Positions 63,176 to 64,000 of a stretch of DNA of 64,000 nucleotides are shown here, one piece after another (the stretch's first letter is position 1; every line of letters begins with the position of its first letter). The notes under the pieces are model-generated. The model was given only the letters and a program-made list of their open reading frames with translations, ran no database searches and was not told the DNA's origin. The DNA is from Chloroflexota bacterium (GTDB lineage: Bacteria; Chloroflexota; Dormibacteria; CF-121), in assembly GCA_005889225.1 (NCBI GenBank), contig VBEW01000016.1:2229-66228 (forward strand). The letters run 5' to 3'. Made by a program: the position numbers and the translations under genes.

Positions 63176-64000
63176 ATGGCTGATCTGCCGCGCGCCGCTC
63201 GACTCTACCTGGGAGCGGTCCTGGTCACCGCATCGCTCGCCGCCGTCGTCGGCATCATCGTCGCCCCGGCTCGCCTCGCGCTGGCCCCGGTTGCACTGGT
63301 TCTGCTCGGCTGCGCGGCCGTTGCCCAGCAATTCAAGGTGCGAAGCCCCAAGCACCAGTCGTACTACACGACGACGATTTTCTTCTTCGCCGCGGCGCTG
63401 CTGCTGCATCCCGGATACGTGGTCGCGATCATCGTGGTGGCGCACGCCGTGGAGTTGTTGCGGGTCCGCTACCGCTGGTACATCCAGGCCTTCAACGTCG
63501 CGAATTTCGTCCTTTGCTCGCTGGCCGCGGGCGCCCTCTTCAGCGCCGGACTTCAGGGCCACGCAGCGGGAGACGCCCGGGCCCCGCTGTTCGCGCTGCT
63601 CGCGGGTCTGGTATTCGTCGGTCTCAATCACGTGCTCACCGCATTGGTGATCATGTGGGCGCGTGGCGTCCCAATCTCGCGCGCCGGGACGTTGGATTGG
63701 GACAACCTGGGCACCGACCTGGCGTTGATGTCCGTTGGTGCGCTCGGCTCCTTGCTGTGGCTCACCAACCCGTGGTTCGTCCCGCTTTGCCTTGGTCCGC
63801 TCTTCCTGATCTATCGATCGTTGCTGGTGCCCACGCTGAAGGAAGAGGCGCGGACCGACCCGAAGACCGAGCTGGCCAACATGAAGCACTGGAACGAGGT
63901 CGCTCAGGCCGAGGTGGAGCGGGCTCGTCGCTTCGGCCGCCCGTTGACCGTCGTCCTCGCCGACCTCGATCTGCTGCGCGAGATCAACAACCGGCACGGC
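63176..64000 (+). CDS. Membrane sensor module fused to GGDEF diguanylate cyclase domain, 3'-partial
   Basis: N-terminal 7-TM module then RFGRPLTVVLADLDLLREINNRHG (start of GGDEF domain) running off the window end. Confidence 0.6.
   Translation, partial: MADLPRAARLYLGAVLVTASLAAVVGIIVAPARLALAPVALVLLGCAAVAQQFKVRSPKHQSYYTTTIFFFAAALLLHPGYVVAIIVVAHAVELLRVRYRWYIQAFNVANFVLCSLAAGALFSAGLQGHAAGDARAPLFALLAGLVFVGLNHVLTALVIMWARGVPISRAGTLDWDNLGTDLALMSVGALGSLLWLTNPWFVPLCLGPLFLIYRSLLVPTLKEEARTDPKTELANMKHWNEVAQAEVERARRFGRPLTVVLADLDLLREINNRHG

Overview
The window is 64 kb of high-GC bacterial chromosome, probably from an actinobacterium or a Chloroflexi-like organism. It is densely coding and mostly housekeeping or metabolic.

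Main blocks, left to right:
- An ABC-2 permease (5'-partial), two PPOX-family proteins, an orphan form-II CoxL-like molybdopterin subunit, an acyl-CoA dehydrogenase and an M20 peptidase.
- A Clp-N/site-2-protease fusion, small proteins, a bacterial topoisomerase IB, PlsC and GlpX.
- A five-gene minus-strand unit: MarR, a hypothetical, a membrane-anchored tandem beta-sandwich protein, a CPBP (Abi-type) intramembrane protease and an atypical FtsH-like AAA/M41 protease with extra TM helices and a C-terminal zinc ribbon. It is divergent from yceI.
- Amidase, a FEN-type 5'-3' exonuclease, a SelW/Rdx-like selenoprotein missed by the ORF track because of an in-frame TGA followed by a SECIS-like hairpin, a D-Ala-D-Ala carboxypeptidase, TelA and an FAD dehydrogenase.
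- A methyltransferase interrupted by tandem TGA-TGA.
- An E1alpha-E1beta-E2 2-oxoacid dehydrogenase operon.
- A ROK regulator, a family-5 SBP ABC transporter (OppBCDF-type), a GH4 glycosidase and a BadF-type sugar kinase, forming one catabolic island.
- A beta-lactamase-fold hydrolase, queF plus a YhhQ-type preQ transporter, a catalytically dead HtrA-like protein with an IPT domain, a short MshC-like CysS paralog, DUF309 with a His-less GAF histidine-kinase-like protein, a PHP phosphoesterase, a thioesterase/alpha-beta-hydrolase fusion, a LysM-CHAP hydrolase, and a second amidase with a GatC-like mini-ORF.
- A 472-aa multi-domain protein ending in an Mrr-like PD-(D/E)xK nuclease domain.
- A membrane-anchored sulfite-oxidase-family molybdoenzyme with ApbE and an MsrQ-like partner.
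- GerW, a class V aminotransferase, EamA, DedA-RDD, DUF885, an S8 protease with a C-terminal VSW pentapeptide repeat, and tandem membrane modules, the second fused to GGDEF (3'-partial).

A G-rich palindromic repeat (CCCTCCCCCG-loop-CGGGGGAGGG followed by GGGGTGGGGG) occurs three times, each just after a plus-strand stop codon.

No rRNA, tRNA or CRISPR was recognised. Many long ORFs in the six-frame track are antisense or wrong-frame artefacts of the high GC content and were not called.
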